Source: Phyllobates terribilis (taxonomy: Eukaryota). Taken from it: DNA of 64,000 nucleotides. The DNA lies in the NCBI RefSeq assembly GCF_046119375.1, contig NW_027366852.1, positions 1 to 64,000 on the forward strand. The letters are read 5' to 3'. A program made the translations under genes and the position numbers. Under the pieces are notes generated by a model, which had not been told where the DNA came from, searched no databases, and was given only the letters and a program-made list of their open reading frames with translations. Of the stretch, positions 37,061-50,644 are shown one piece after another; the first letter of the stretch is position 1, and every line of letters starts with the position of its first letter.

Positions 37061-37345
37061 CTAGTCGATCACCCTTGCCAAGCACGGGATTGGACTTATC
37101 AAATGCTAAAATAATTAGTAAAAAAATCAATATACGTAACTCTTATTGATAAAAGGATTATGATTAGATAAAAACATATCTTGCGTTGCGACTGAAAAAA
37201 CCACTGCAATAGGCCTAAAATCCGGTGCAATAGACCTAATGAAGTAGGGTTGGTTCACGAATTAGCACTATAGTTTCATATATAAGATATTACGTTCGCA
37301 CTATTAAAGTCTTTTTGCATTTCGTACCATAAGGTACATGCTTAC
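37061..37345 (-). mobile_element. 3' end of a second Helitron-like element (extent to the right unknown)
   Basis: The minus strand reads CCCGTGCTTGGCAAGGG (hairpin), then TGATCGA, then CTAG|T at 37061. Confidence 0.65.
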
Positions 37346-40219
37346 TAAAAACTTCCTTGATAAATCTCTCTCTTTTTTTTGTAGACTAGGGGTCATATAT
37401 CTATAAGTAACTGGTACAATTTTTGTGTGGGGTTGTATTATGTGGTTAGCTTTATGTAATACAAGTGAGGAAAGTTTGAAGAATGAGCCTATGTTACTCT
37501 CAGGAAGAGCACAAACATAATTAGATTCAATCAAGAATATTATTAGCTAATTTGATGTCTAAAACCTCTTTCAACATTAGTTGATCTCTGTCGCAAAAGG
37601 CTTTGAATTTGCAGAGTTTTGAACGTGTTTAGAAGTTTATAATCTTACATACTTAATACTAATTCATTCCTTGTTATACCAAGCTAGCCATATTAGCAAA
37701 TATTTGTTTCTTACTATCGAGAATAAAGTTACAGCTACTGCAGCTAGAAGAATGGAAGCTAAGAGTGCAGTAGTCAGAAAATTTGTTCTGAATTTGCAAG
37801 GAACAACCCCTATATCGATAATTATTTAGAACCACCCAAATTTCATCATTTTCTTACCAGGAGCGACCCTTGGACGGATTCCGTCTAATTTACAGTTAAA
37901 AATGGTGAAATGTTTAAAATAGCCTTGTTAATTTCCAAAAAAAAATGCGCAAATATCCTTCTTCTTCCTCATTCTCTCAACCTTTCTTCAACGTAGCCCT
38001 GATTCCTCACTGCCTCCATACGAATCTCTCTCCACCTCCTACTCTTATTTCTTCTCTCGTCTTCCCTTCTTCACAACATGACTCTATTTAATCTTCTTCT
38101 TTCTTCACTCAATATGGGCGACAGAGGAGCTCGTGATTGGGTCCCTGTGAGACGTGATTCTCAATTGAACGGCGAGCTCCACCAACGTGTCTTCATCTTC
38201 TTCGGAAGAGGAATTGATGGCTCTGAAGAGATAATTGAGGCTCTTGAAATCAATCCAAGCCTAGATCTCAAACTCGACGTTGACCCGGAGATCGCTGGTG
38301 GGAGGAGGTGCGAAGGTGAAGGAAGGAGCGGAAGCCGCCGCCGCGGAGAGGAGAACGCTGCATCTAATTAGGCATCTAGAAACCGCAGACAAAATGAAGA
38401 AAGAATAAACAAAGACACGTAGTCTAAACTCATTTATACAATAATCATAATAAATTGTATAGCGGGTGTTGATATAGAGAAGGGAAAAGCCGAAAATATA
38501 TGCTGTAAATGTTTGGATACATAATGATGATCATCCCAAAACCCAAACCAAAGCAAAAAATAACAAACTTATATAATTTTTTCTTCTTTCTATGCATATC
38601 TTCTCCTTCAAAGTTCAAAGATAAGATTAAGTTGATGATTTAACTCTAACAATCAAGTCCCATCCTTAAAGTTAACTAGGTATGAACCTCATCCTCCTCT
38701 TTAGGAACTATGAAATGTCCAAGGCTATACACTATATATATAAAGGAACAAAATTATTCCGTCTAAAATATATATTTAATGATTAAGAAAGTATTAATTG
38801 TACCCTTCATCAAAATTAGAAGTCAGATTCTGAAAACCAATGGAACATAAAGCATGTGTTGATTTCTTTCCATATTTACAGGCCACAACATCATCACCTA
38901 CAATGACAAATAATTTACAACGTAGAAAACTATATGAAATTTACATCAAGGAAAATATGTTGGTTCATACGTAAAGAAGGTTTTCAAATCTCGATATCTA
39001 TGATAGGAATCCATTAAATAATATGGTCAATAACGTGAGTTTTTGTTCAAAGATAAAAAAGTTAAATTTATATCAACTATGAGCTCCAAATATAACATCA
39101 AATTCCTAAATAAACATATCATATATTAAACTCTCTAATAAAGCAGAAGTAAGAACTTTGAAGAATTCATGATAACTTCTAATAATATTGGTTGTACAAA
39201 ATCATTAATAACAAATCAAAAGTCATAATAACACCCATTGAAACAGTCAAATTACATATAGAGGGAGAGATAGGAACAAACCGACAGAGAAAGGGTGACG
39301 ACGGATTATAGTTGATATGATTGGAATCAAGCTTTATACATATCAAAATTTAATGAACAATGAGGACACCTATAACAAGGAGGTGTCTAACCAGCAGAAC
39401 ATGCACAATCCAGTTGGACGTGTGAAGTCAGTACAATAGGCAACTATGTTCATAAAGTAATTATAAATTAAATTATATAATTAACACATGGAAATGAAAA
39501 CGAACACGTCAAAATTTCATGCATGAGAAAAATTGTCACAAAATAATGAAAGAATCAATTTGACCTAAAAACAAGATTAAACAGGCCGGCGACAGAATCA
39601 AAGAAACTAAAAATCGCAACTCGTCTTGTAGAATAGTACGAGTAATCAAAATTAGAATACACAATATATAACAATAGAGAGATTGGTATGAGAAGAAGGT
39701 AATAGAAATAAACATATCGAACCAGACCTCGTATATGTCATATTGGTAGACCTCGTAGAAAAGTTTCAAACACAAACCTCTTGAGAATGGAGAATGACTT
39801 TCCCTTGAGAATATGACTCGAACTTGCAGTAAATCTTAACAAATGGTCATACTAATGTCTGGGATCGGAAAGACAAAATGGTATTTTAATCGACACCTCA
39901 TAGAGAGATGAGTATTTTAAAACGTTTCGTGAATAAATTAATATTTAAGATGGACTCAGACGAGTAGTAAATATTTTATATTGTTAAAGGATAATCGATT
40001 TGGTTTAACAATTTTCTAAACAAGTTTTTACGAATTATAAACCTAAAAAGCGGTTCAATTAAGAACCATTCTTTCATCATCATAATTAACCTTTTGAAAA
40101 TAAACATACTCTACCCATACAGTAAACAAATGTATAATATTGAATTGGATTGTTTGCAACAATGATAATTATTGTTTATTTGGTGCGTAAATAAGTACAA
40201 CAATAATGGTAAATTTGTA

Positions 40220-40478
40220 CTCCCTCCGTCCCATATTATTCTTCCCATTTCTTTTCGGTTCATTTTTCGTGCCACGTTTTGTGTCTTAAATATCTCTAAT
40301 TATATGTCATTAAAAATTGTAAAATTTATATGTAGTTAAAGTACTCGTCAAGACGAATAAAATAAGATAATACATGACTATGTTTTTCCATATATATTGA
40401 GAGAAACCGAGAAGATTTCCTATGAATGTGAATAGTGCACTAAAATGAAATGGGAAGAACATTGTGGGACGGAGGGAG
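40220..40478. mobile_element. Stowaway MITE
   Basis: CTCCCTCCGTCCC...GGGACGGAGGGAG with a TA TSD. Confidence 0.95.
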
Positions 40479-41856
40479 TAAAGAGAAAACGGGTACTGTA
40501 GCTAAGGATGCTCAGACTTTTACAGTGTACGGAAGCAGTGTGATATAGAACAAAGAATAAAATAAAGAAGTGGAAAAAAATTGTACTGGAGCATTGTAGA
40601 TAAGCTCTTCACGCTTTTATAGATAGGTAGATAAGAATATTCATTAGATTATTTTCTAAAATTATATTTATTATATATATAGAATGGTTTATTATAGCTT
40701 ATGTTATACATATCATTAACAATAAATACATGATATAATATCTAATAGGCGGTCAATAATATTATAAATATCGTAGGTATCTAGGCTTTAAAATTTTAGA
40801 TGGAGAGCTATACAATCAAAGTAAATGGAAATTTATAACAAAATTACTCAATATGATATTATTATTTTTAATATCAGATAATCCTCAATTAAAACATACC
40901 TTACCCTTGTTCATTCTTGATTAAAACGTAAAGTAAATATCAATCAAAGTTATCTAACGTTAATCCATCAAAATTTGACGTATTTTTGTTAATTATCAAT
41001 GTTAATCCATCAAAGTCATAGGCGAGAGGAGAGAAGAAAAGGAAATAATTTATACATTAAGATCTGATATTATTGTTAATTAATGTCTTTTATTATTTAT
41101 TATTTTAGTCATAGAAGTGAACATGTTTTAATTATCAAACAATTATTCAAGTAATAATGAAATGAAATAATCTAAGTGACCGAGTCTTATTTTTAATGAT
41201 GAAATCAAATATCTGAGTAATTAAATCTTATTTTTAAATTACAAAATCAATATAGAGAATCTATCTTTGAAGTATAAATCTAAAACTACCTTAAAAATAA
41301 AGATAAAAAATAATTAAATAACTGAAATATCTATCTTACTAATAACAAAATAATAATAAGACTTATTTTTAATAAAGTGGTGACAAATGTGGCTTATTTT
41401 TTATGAGATAATAGATGATATAGCTTGTTTAAAAACTCGACATATAGGCAAAATTAATGCTAGATTGACATGTATGATGTTTTAGTTTGGAGGAGATAGT
41501 AGGATGAATGATATTGCTTTAGTATGTAAATAGATATATTTGTATGGAATATAAGTAAAAAAATATAATTAATCTTAACACAAAAATTTGATGACAAATC
41601 TTCTATGATACGTATGAAAGAATCAAACCAAACAACACAAAAATTCAGAAAAAAATATGACTTCCAAAAATCTAAATATATTAACAGGCTTCCATGATAC
41701 GTATAAAAGAATCAACCCATATAAAAACATTAAAACAAAAAAAATAAAAAAATCTTAGCACAATCATCTTCCATAATACGTCGGAATATTTCATCTTCCA
41801 TATTTAATTCATATAACATAAAAATAAAGATTGAGTTTCCGAGAGGGGAACCTATC

Positions 41857-42516
41857 ATGGGGAGCTGTTTGTATGATGAGGCCTGGTGTATGAGGAACAT
41901 GTGGCTCAAATGGAAGGACGGAGTTTGCAGATACCAGTTCGGACGGGGTTATCAGATTGAGTTTTTGAGAGAGGAACCCGTGGAATTTGGCACTTGGTCT
42001 GAAATGTATATTCCTCCTGACATCGTCCCCGCGAGTCAGCACTTCCCGATCCCCGCCCCAGCTCATGCACGCACTTCTTCCCCCGCGTCTACCTTCGTTC
42101 CCGCGCCCGAGCAGACACATACATATTCCGACGCCGACGCAAGTGGCTCTGGTTCCCAGAGCTACTCAGATGAGCAGTTATGGCGGACTCAGATAGCACA
42201 ACAGATGAGCCAGATGTATCAGCAGATGGGGGTTATGCTGACTACACAGAAGGAGATCCGCCAGGAGCGGCGGGAATTTCGAGCCAACATGTTGAGCATG
42301 CGTGAGGAGATGCAGCGCGATCAGGAGTTCCAGCGCCAACAATGGGTGATGCAGGATCAGCGGTGGGAGTACGCCAGAGAAAACTTCTACAACTCTTCTC
42401 CTCCTCCTGACGACGACGAGTTATTGGGGTGTCTTCTTCCTCTTCCCTTTTTCTATTGTGTCCTCTTTTGCTGCATTGAGGACAATGCGCGGTTCAAGTG
42501 TGGGGAGAGGAGTTGA
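41857..42516 (+). CDS. Athila 3' extra ORF (C-terminal part; Pro/Ser-rich then Gln-rich coiled coil), function unknown
   Basis: 219-codon open frame located upstream of the 3' UTR and PPT, where Athila elements carry an extra ORF. Its 5' end is probably truncated. Confidence 0.55.
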   Translation: MGSCLYDEAWCMRNMWLKWKDGVCRYQFGRGYQIEFLREEPVEFGTWSEMYIPPDIVPASQHFPIPAPAHARTSSPASTFVPAPEQTHTYSDADASGSGSQSYSDEQLWRTQIAQQMSQMYQQMGVMLTTQKEIRQERREFRANMLSMREEMQRDQEFQRQQWVMQDQRWEYARENFYNSSPPPDDDELLGCLLPLPFFYCVLFCCIEDNARFKCGERS

Positions 42517-43584
42517 CTTGTTTGGGTGATAACTTTTGCTGATGTTTTGTTGTTTTCAGTCGTTCAAGTACTTTTGCTGATGCTTTGTTATTTTGAGTCT
42601 ATCGAGTCTATATCAGGATATTTCTTTGATTTTTTATTTTATTATTAAAAAAATAGGGAAAAAATCAGAAAAACCCGGGAGAGTAAGAAGTGAATGGATC
42701 GGAAATGGGGACTCCAATAAAACAAATAAATAAACAAAAGAACCAGGCAAGTAAAAACGGAAAAAAGGAAAAGTGGGTGCCTGAAAAGAAAAGAAAATAT
42801 AGTTCCTACCACTTTAGAGAATTCTGGTAAAAACCTGAAAGGGCACCAGGATTACATGATTTGTGATTATTTGACTACTTGGTTAAATTGATTGCATTAT
42901 TTATTGGCGTTGGAGACATAAGAAGGGAGTTGAAGGATTGTTTCGGGTTTTAGGATTCACCAAGGAGGGATAAGAAGTTAGTAATTGGCCTTTTATTCTT
43001 CTATTTTGAGCTTATTGACATCCATACTTCACATGCTCATCTTTTGCTATTTCATGAGATTTGTTACACATTATTGGTGGTTGTATTAGATTCTAGGATT
43101 AGATTTATATTCTTGGAGTTTGATGCATATTGTTGTGGTTGTGCTATGCGGGTTTCTTGATTGGGATTGGTGGTTGTGATGTATGGTTTGATGATATTGA
43201 TTAGTGGTTTAGGACATTAATTGAAGAGGAGGTATAAGAAGTGTGTAAGCGAGTGGGTGACTCGATTTTTATCTTCATTATTATGCATATACCCTTACCC
43301 TTAGAGGAGATTAGGAGTCCACTTGTGCTTATTGCGCATCACTTGGTTCGATTTGATTATTATCATGGAGTGGTGACATATGAAGTGGAGACATAAGGAG
43401 GGATTTGGGTAGGTCATCATGGAGAGATAAGGAGATAGATTGGAGTTAGGATAGTGCTCGTTTACATTTGGTGTTCGGAGTATAGTCGCTATCTCTACGC
43501 TTACTGCAGACCTTTGTGCTTATAGGAGGAGTGAGTTTTATTTTGCTTACTGGAGGACGAGCAAGGTCTAAGTGTGGGGAAGTT

Positions 43585-45068
43585 TGATCGGACCTTGTTA
43601 TATGGGGTTAACTAGCGACTATCAGACTAGGTTTAGTGGTATTTAGGTGCTTAACAAGTGGTATGCCCGGAATCCGGTTTGGAGTTCATTTATGGATTAG
43701 TGGGATGCTCGTAAGCGTTTTTAGTGGTTTTATTATGGAGATCCCGCTTGTGCTCACTTTTTGTGCATTCGGGATGGAGCTAGATGAAGTATGCCGCGCC
43801 TACACCCCAGGAGAAGCTGAGAGACAAAGTCGAGCTGCCTCGACGCTTGCAAAAGCCAGAAGTTCGTCTCAGGTGCAGAAGTCACGACTGAGATGGAGGC
43901 TCACGACCGAGATTCAGCCTCAGACAAGGTAGTCACGATCAAGACTAAGCCGCATATGAGATGTCACGATCGTGACCAATGAAGAGCGGATGAACTGGAC
44001 CAATATCACGATCGTGACCACTGTTTCACGGTCGTGACGTGGATACGGATTGCCCAGATTTGAAGATTTTATTTTGATATTTTATTAGTTATTTCCACAT
44101 ATTTTCATTTGTTTACATTTATTTTAATTTCTTTTTATTAGAGATTATATAAGGTTTAGAAAATTAGGTTTTAGCATTGATTCTTTTACGTAGAAATTCA
44201 GTAGTAGCCAGAGAAAGCTTCACATTTGTTCCATCGTTCGCTCATCTCCCCTGGTTCGTTTTCCCATCATCATTCATTGTTATTCATTGCTTTCTATGGC
44301 TATTTCTATCTAAATTCATCATAGTTCACTTCTAAGGTTGAAGCCATTGTTCTAGGTTAGTTGTGAGAATTCAAACACTTATGTTCTAATTTTAAATTTA
44401 GGATTGTTTCATAATCTCTTGTGCTTCATATTATCATTGATTGATCTTAATTTTATCTAGGTTGCAAACTAGGTTGGTTATTATCCGTCATATTGCTATG
44501 CTAGATAACTCGATTTTAAAAGTCTTGTCTTTAGGTAGCGAGCATGATTTGCATAGACTATTTGCGAGTGCTTATTGTGTAGAGATTGTGAACTTGTGTC
44601 GAGTATCGGCGATTTGCCAATGGTATTGCACAAGCCTACTTATCTTTGATCTTCATGTTGTTGTGCTTTTGAATCTTGGGATTTCCATGGTTATTGCATA
44701 ATAAGGGTTTCTAGGACTATTTGGACTAATTGCTTATTACAAACAAAGAGTAGGACAACCGGATTAAACAATCTAGAATATAAGTTATTAGGATTCGATG
44801 ATCAACATTCTATTTGAATAATGCGCTGATGCTAGAGGAGTGAGCTTTTTACCCATAATTGTTTACAAACCAATCATCATATTCCTTTCGTACTTATTGA
44901 ATTTCTTAGTTATGAAAATCAAATAAAAAAACCAATTGGTTACTACATGGTTGCATAATTGGAAATAAACTGTCTTTCTAGCTCTCTTGGGATTCGACCC
45001 CTACTTCCCACTTTACTAGGGAATTGAGTTGGGTATATTTGATAGACATAACGACTTTAGTCTCATCA
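43585..45068 (+). repeat. Athila LTR (copy A, 1484 bp)
   Basis: TGATCGGACC...TCTCATCA, homologous to 47571-49114 in reverse orientation. Confidence 0.9.
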
Positions 45069-46040
45069 AGGATCTTGTCAACTGGGTTGCTCACCGTCGC
45101 GACTCGCACCTGATAAAGGCTATGGTCCATGCTCACGAAATGGTTTGTAGCCTGGGGGAGGGTGGCGTGGCGAGTCTCCTAGATACCCTCGCTGAGTGGT
45201 GCATGGATGACAGGTTCAAGGTGTCCAAATCTTACGAATCCCTCCGCCCTAGAAGACTCGTGGTGAAGTGGGCTAAGGTTGTGTGGACGGCGCACTCTAT
45301 GCCCAAGCACTCCTTCACCCTCTGGCTCGCTTCGCTCAGGAAGCTCTCTACGTACGACAGGCTTTCCTTCCTCAGAGTCGACCCTACTTGTCGGTTGTGC
45401 GGTTCTGCCTTGGAGAGCCATGGTCATCTGTTCTTTGAGTGTTCCTTCTCCTCCACTGTTTGGCAGGCCGTATGCAACAAGTTCCGCCTCCCGAGCACGT
45501 TGTCCGCTCTTCAGAGATGCCTCTGTTGGGTGCGCCGCAATGCCCCTGTGGATGTCTGCTCTTCCAGGGCCCAAATGTATGCCCTTGTTGTAACGGTCTA
45601 CCTTATCTGTCATGACAGGAACGCGCTAATATTCTACGACAACCCCATTCCTGTTGAGGTCGTCACTCGCCTGGTTATTATGCACGTTTACCGATTGCTT
45701 CATGACATATTTTCTTATATGTCGGTTAGGGCACTCTAGGGGGTGAAGGGGTACTCTTTCCTTTGTGTTGGGTTTTTTTCCCTTTGGGGTTTTACCACAT
45801 GGAGGTTTTGATGAGGCCCGGGGTATTCTTCCCTGCTCGGATAGCTGCTCCCCCTCCATGCTTACTGGTTTCTCGGATTTCACTTGTTTCTCTCTGATCT
45901 TGGCATAGTATGGAAGGTTTGCATGTCTGTCCATGTATGCCCTCCTTTGTCTATTTGACTCTCTTGTGTGTTTGTTTTCCCGTTTTGCTTCCTCTTTTTG
46001 AGGACATATTATTAATCGAATTAGTTTTAAACAAAAAAAA
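45069..46040 (+). mobile_element. LINE 3' fragment (zf-RVT region, 3' UTR, poly(A))
   Basis: KVSKSYESLR...VVWTAHSMPKHSFTLWLA...CRLCGSALESHGHLFFEC. A-tract at about 46031-46039. This type lacks an RNase H domain. Confidence 0.85.
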
Positions 46041-47570
46041 AGATCAGTAGCCTCGTCATGAGATTCCTCGTATTTAGCGTCGATGCTAGGGATTTTTTCC
46101 TCCGCTACTTTTTTACTCTTTTGAAACCCTAACTTCACCAGCCGCCTCCTTCACTCTATGGAGCCCATACCTGCAGTTAGAGAAGACCGAGTGAGATCTT
46201 TGACGAGAAGCACCACCTCTATCTGTCCGTGGACATTGTTATTGCAATTTCAGCAAAAAAAATCATGTGTTCTTATCAGAGATCTTGGTCGCAAAATTGA
46301 TCCAGATCGAGAAGGTACAACGACATATGGAGATGTGGCTACTTATGGAAAGAGTGTCATCAGGAGTGCCATATCAAGAGGCATCCAAACTCCGGAGAAA
46401 AGCATCAATCGGGATCTAATTCCATTCACATATTTGTGCTCTCAATAGTCGATCTACGTGGTAGGATCTGATTTCAATTCCTTCAATTGTTTATTATTCA
46501 GAGAATGCACCGCGGGTGACTTATGACCTCTCCCACTTTCTTTCCTTAGTTTTCCTCTGCCCTTCCTCTGGCAGGGTGGTATCTCCCACTGTCATCCTTC
46601 TATTTCCACCCCCGCGCCAAAACCTCTGCCCCCTCCCTAGGCCATCATCTTGCCTCTTCATCTTCTCCCTCTTCTTCTCTTCCCCCACGCCCTCCTACTT
46701 CCAAACTCCTTCCATCCCCCTCTGTTAACCCTCAAACTCCCCCCCCCCATGTTTCCCATTTTATTTCGACTATTCCCTTGGTGGTAACAACAAACTACTT
46801 TTCAAAGATTAACTTCACTCCTACTGAGGCCAGAGGTAATGAACTTCGGAAGTGGTATTTACAACTTCACTCTCATAGGTTTGAGCCTACAACTTGTATG
46901 AATCATTGCAACCATATTTCTATTTTTTTTTCATATCCATAGGTTTGAGACCAGTCGTGATATTATACTCACCAAAACTAGAATCGCTAAGCTGAAGAAG
47001 GAATCGCATCCAGGTGACATGCCTTATCAACAATTAATCAAGCATCATGGTTAAAGGTCTTACCTTAATACATTCTTTTCAGTGCATTCTTGTGTCATTT
47101 AACTTCTCACATACTCTATTCAATATACTCATTGCTTCATTTCTTGTCGTATTCAGCCAACAAAGATCATATCCAAAGACGTGTTGAAAATAGCTATGTG
47201 CATTCTAGATTTAACTGTGGATCGTTTGCGCTTGACATTGACTTATGATTACCTACTGAGCTATTACGTATATATAGATAATTCATTAGGACAAATTTGG
47301 CCATAAATAAGTGAAATTAAAGGATTCAAAAATCTCAAATCTATAAATTCTTGGAAAAGACGAGTAATAAACCTCAAGCAAGAACTTTATTAGTTTCACT
47401 CCACATTCATTTCCATATAATGATGTTAATTATTATCCTAAATATTTAAAAACAACCTAACAACAGAATCATAATAGCCCACTGAAACTCTGAACTTGAA
47501 CTGTTGATTCTGTTGGATTACAAAGTACTTTATTATCTCTCTCTATTCATATAGACTTCATCATGACTGT

Positions 47571-49114
47571 TGATTAGACCAAAGTCATTATGTCTATCAA
47601 AGATACCCAACTAAAGAATCCACTAGTAAAGTGGTAAGTAGGGGTCGAATCCCAAGAGAGCCAGAACGATAATTTATTTCCAATTATGAAACAAAGTATT
47701 AACAATTGGGGGTTTATGTTTGTTTCTAAATAACTAAGCAATTAAACAAGTATGAAAGCAATATGTTGGTTGGTTTGTAGACAATTATGGGTAAAAATCT
47801 CACTCCTCTAGCATCTACGCATTATTTAATTGGAATGTTGGTCATCGAATTCTAATTACTTATATTCTGAATTGGTTAATCCGGTTGTCCTACTCTTTGT
47901 TCGTAAATAGCAACTAGTCCAAATAGTCCTAGAAACCCTTATTATGCAATAACCAAGGAAATCCCAAGATTCAAAAGCACAACAACATGAAGATCAAAGA
48001 TAAGTAGGCCTATGCAATACCATTGGAAAACCGCCGATACTCGACACAAGTTTATAATCTCTACATAATAAGCACTCGCAAATAGTCTATGCAAATCATG
48101 CTCGCTGCCTAAAGACAAGACTTTTCAAACCGAAATATCTAGCCTAGCAATATGAAGGATAATAATCAACCTAGTTTGCAACCTAGATAAAATCAAGATC
48201 AAACAATGATACTAATAAGCACAAGAGATTATAAAACAATCCTGAAATTAAACTTAGAACATAAGCGTTAGAATTCTCACAACAAACCTAGAACAATGGC
48301 TTCAACCTAAAGAGTGAACTATGATGAACTTAGCCAGACATAGCCATCGAAAGCAATGAATAATAATGAATGATGATGGGAAAACGAACCAGGGGAGATG
48401 AGTGAAGATGGAACAAAGGTGGAAGCATTCTCTGGCTGCTACTGAATTTTACGTAAATGAAAGAATGAATGAATGAAAAATAAAATATCTAACCTAATTT
48501 TCTAAGCCTTATATAGTCTCTAATAAAAGGGAATAAAAATAAATAAAAACAAATCAAAAGATGTGGAAATAACTAATAAAATCTCGGAATAAATCTTCAA
48601 TTCTGGGTCGTCCGTGTCCGCGTCACGACCGTGACACAGGGGTCATGATCGTGATCTTGGTCTAGTTCTCCGTTCTGCATTGGTCACGATCATGACAGAG
48701 CCTCTCGGTCGTGACACCTCAACTGTGGCTAAGTCATGGTCGTGACATCTCTGTCTCGGTCGTGATAAATTCTCCTGAGGCTGAATCTCGGTCGTGATCC
48801 TCCATCTCGGTCGTGACTTCTTCTCCTGAGATGGACTTCTAGCTTCTGCAAGCGCCGAGACAGCTCGGCTTCGCCTCTCGGCTTCTCCTGGGGTGTAGGC
48901 GTGGCATACTTCATCTAGCTCCATTCCGAATGCACTAAAAGTGAGCACAAGCGGGATCTCCATAATAAAACCACTAAAAACCGCTTACGAGCATCCCGCT
49001 AATCCATACATGAACTCCAAACCGTATTCCGGGCATAACACTCTTTAAGCACCTAAACACCACTAAACCTAGTCTAATAGTCGCTAGTTAACACCATATA
49101 ACAAGCTCCAATCA
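47571..49114 (-). repeat. Athila LTR (copy B, 1544 bp)
   Basis: On the minus strand TGATTGGAGC...TCTAATCA follows the PPT. Confidence 0.9.
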
Positions 49115-50644
49115 AACTTCCCCACACTTAAACCTTTCTCGTCCTCGAGTAAGCAAAATAAAACTCACTCCTCCTATAAGCACAAAGGTCTGCAGTAAGC
49201 GTAGAGATAGCGACTATACTCCGAACACCAAATGTAAACGAGCACTATCCTAACTCCAATCTATCTCCTTATCTCTCCATGATGACCTACCCAAATCCCT
49301 CCTTATGTCTCCACTTCATATGTCACCACTCCATGATAATAATCAAATCGAACCAAGTGATGCGCAATAAAGCACAAGTGGACTCCTAGTCTCCTCTAAG
49401 GGTAAGGGTACATGTATAATGATAATGAAGATAAAAATCGAGTCTCTCACTCGCTTATACACTTCTTATACCTCCTCTTCAACTAATGTCCTAAACCACT
49501 AATCAATGTCATCAAACCATATATCACAACCACAAATCCTAATCAAGAAATCTGCATAGCAGAACCACAACAATATGCATCCAACTCCAAGAAATAGAAA
49601 TCTAATCCTAGAATATAATACAACCACCAATGATGTGTAACAAATCTTATGAAATAGTGAAAGGGTGAGCATGCGAAGTATGGATGTCAATAAGCTCAAA
49701 AATAGAAGAATAAAAGGCTAATTACTAACTTCTTATCCCTCCTAGGTTAATCCTAAAACCCGAGACAATCCTTCAACTCCCTTCTTATGTCTCCAACTCC
49801 AATAAATGATGCAATCAATCTAACCAAGTGGTCAAACAATCACAAGCCATGTAATCCCGGCGCCCTTTTGGGTTTTCACCAAAATTCTCTAAAGTGGTAG
49901 GAACTATTTTTCTTCTTCTTTTTCTTTCTTTCTTTTCATGCACCCACCTTTCCTTTTTATCCATTTTTACTTGGTTGGTTATTTTGTTCTTTTTATTTAT
50001 TATATTTTTTTGGAGCCCCCTTTTTCGATCCATTCACTTCTTACTCTCCTGGGTTTTTCTGATTTTTTTTCTTTTTCTTTTTAATAATAATAAACTAACA
50101 GTTCAAAGAAATATCCTGGTACAGACTCGATAGATAGAATACAACAAAACACATCAGCATAGTAGACTCAAGACCATAAAAACATCAGCAGAATAGCATA
50201 ACACCAGAAACGTCAGCCGAAAGCACCTAAACAAGTCAACTCCTCTCCCCACACTTGAATCGCGCATTGTCCTCAATGCAGCAAAAGAGGACACCATAAA
50301 AAGGGAAGAGGAAGAAGACAAGTGGAATGTTGGGGTGTTATCTCTGTCGTGAAGAGCATGGGGATGATGGTCGACAGTATCACGATCGTGACACAGTGTC
50401 ACGATCGTGACACGGGTAGCTGAGGTAGGTGATCGTCGTTTTTCCTCCTCCAATGACTTCCAGATGCTGGTTTCGCGATTTTCCTGTAAAAGAAAACAAA
50501 AACAAAACAGAATAATGGGATAAAAGTCAGCAGTACTCCCTCGGGTTGCCTCCCGATCAGCGCCTTAGTTATTGTCGTGGCACAACGTAGTCTAGCTTCT
50601 CAATTGACCGTCACGGGCTCCTCAAGAGCCATCTCTTCAATTAC

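Larger units (their letters stand above)
41835..45068 (+). mobile_element. 5'-truncated Athila-type gypsy copy (end of extra ORF, 3' UTR, PPT, 3' LTR)
   Basis: PPT TGTGGGGAAGTT precedes a TGAT...ATCA LTR at 43585-45068. Region 42430-45068 is the inverted homolog of 47571-50330. Confidence 0.88.

Noticed and set aside
46290-46400. Faint ankyrin-like look of DREGTTTYGDVATYGK
   Set aside because: Lacks the TPLH core and any repeat periodicity.
48620-48820. Palindrome-spacer clusters as a CRISPR-like array
   Set aside because: Repeats are only 12 bp, degenerate and irregularly spaced, lie inside a plant retrotransposon, and have no cas genes nearby.
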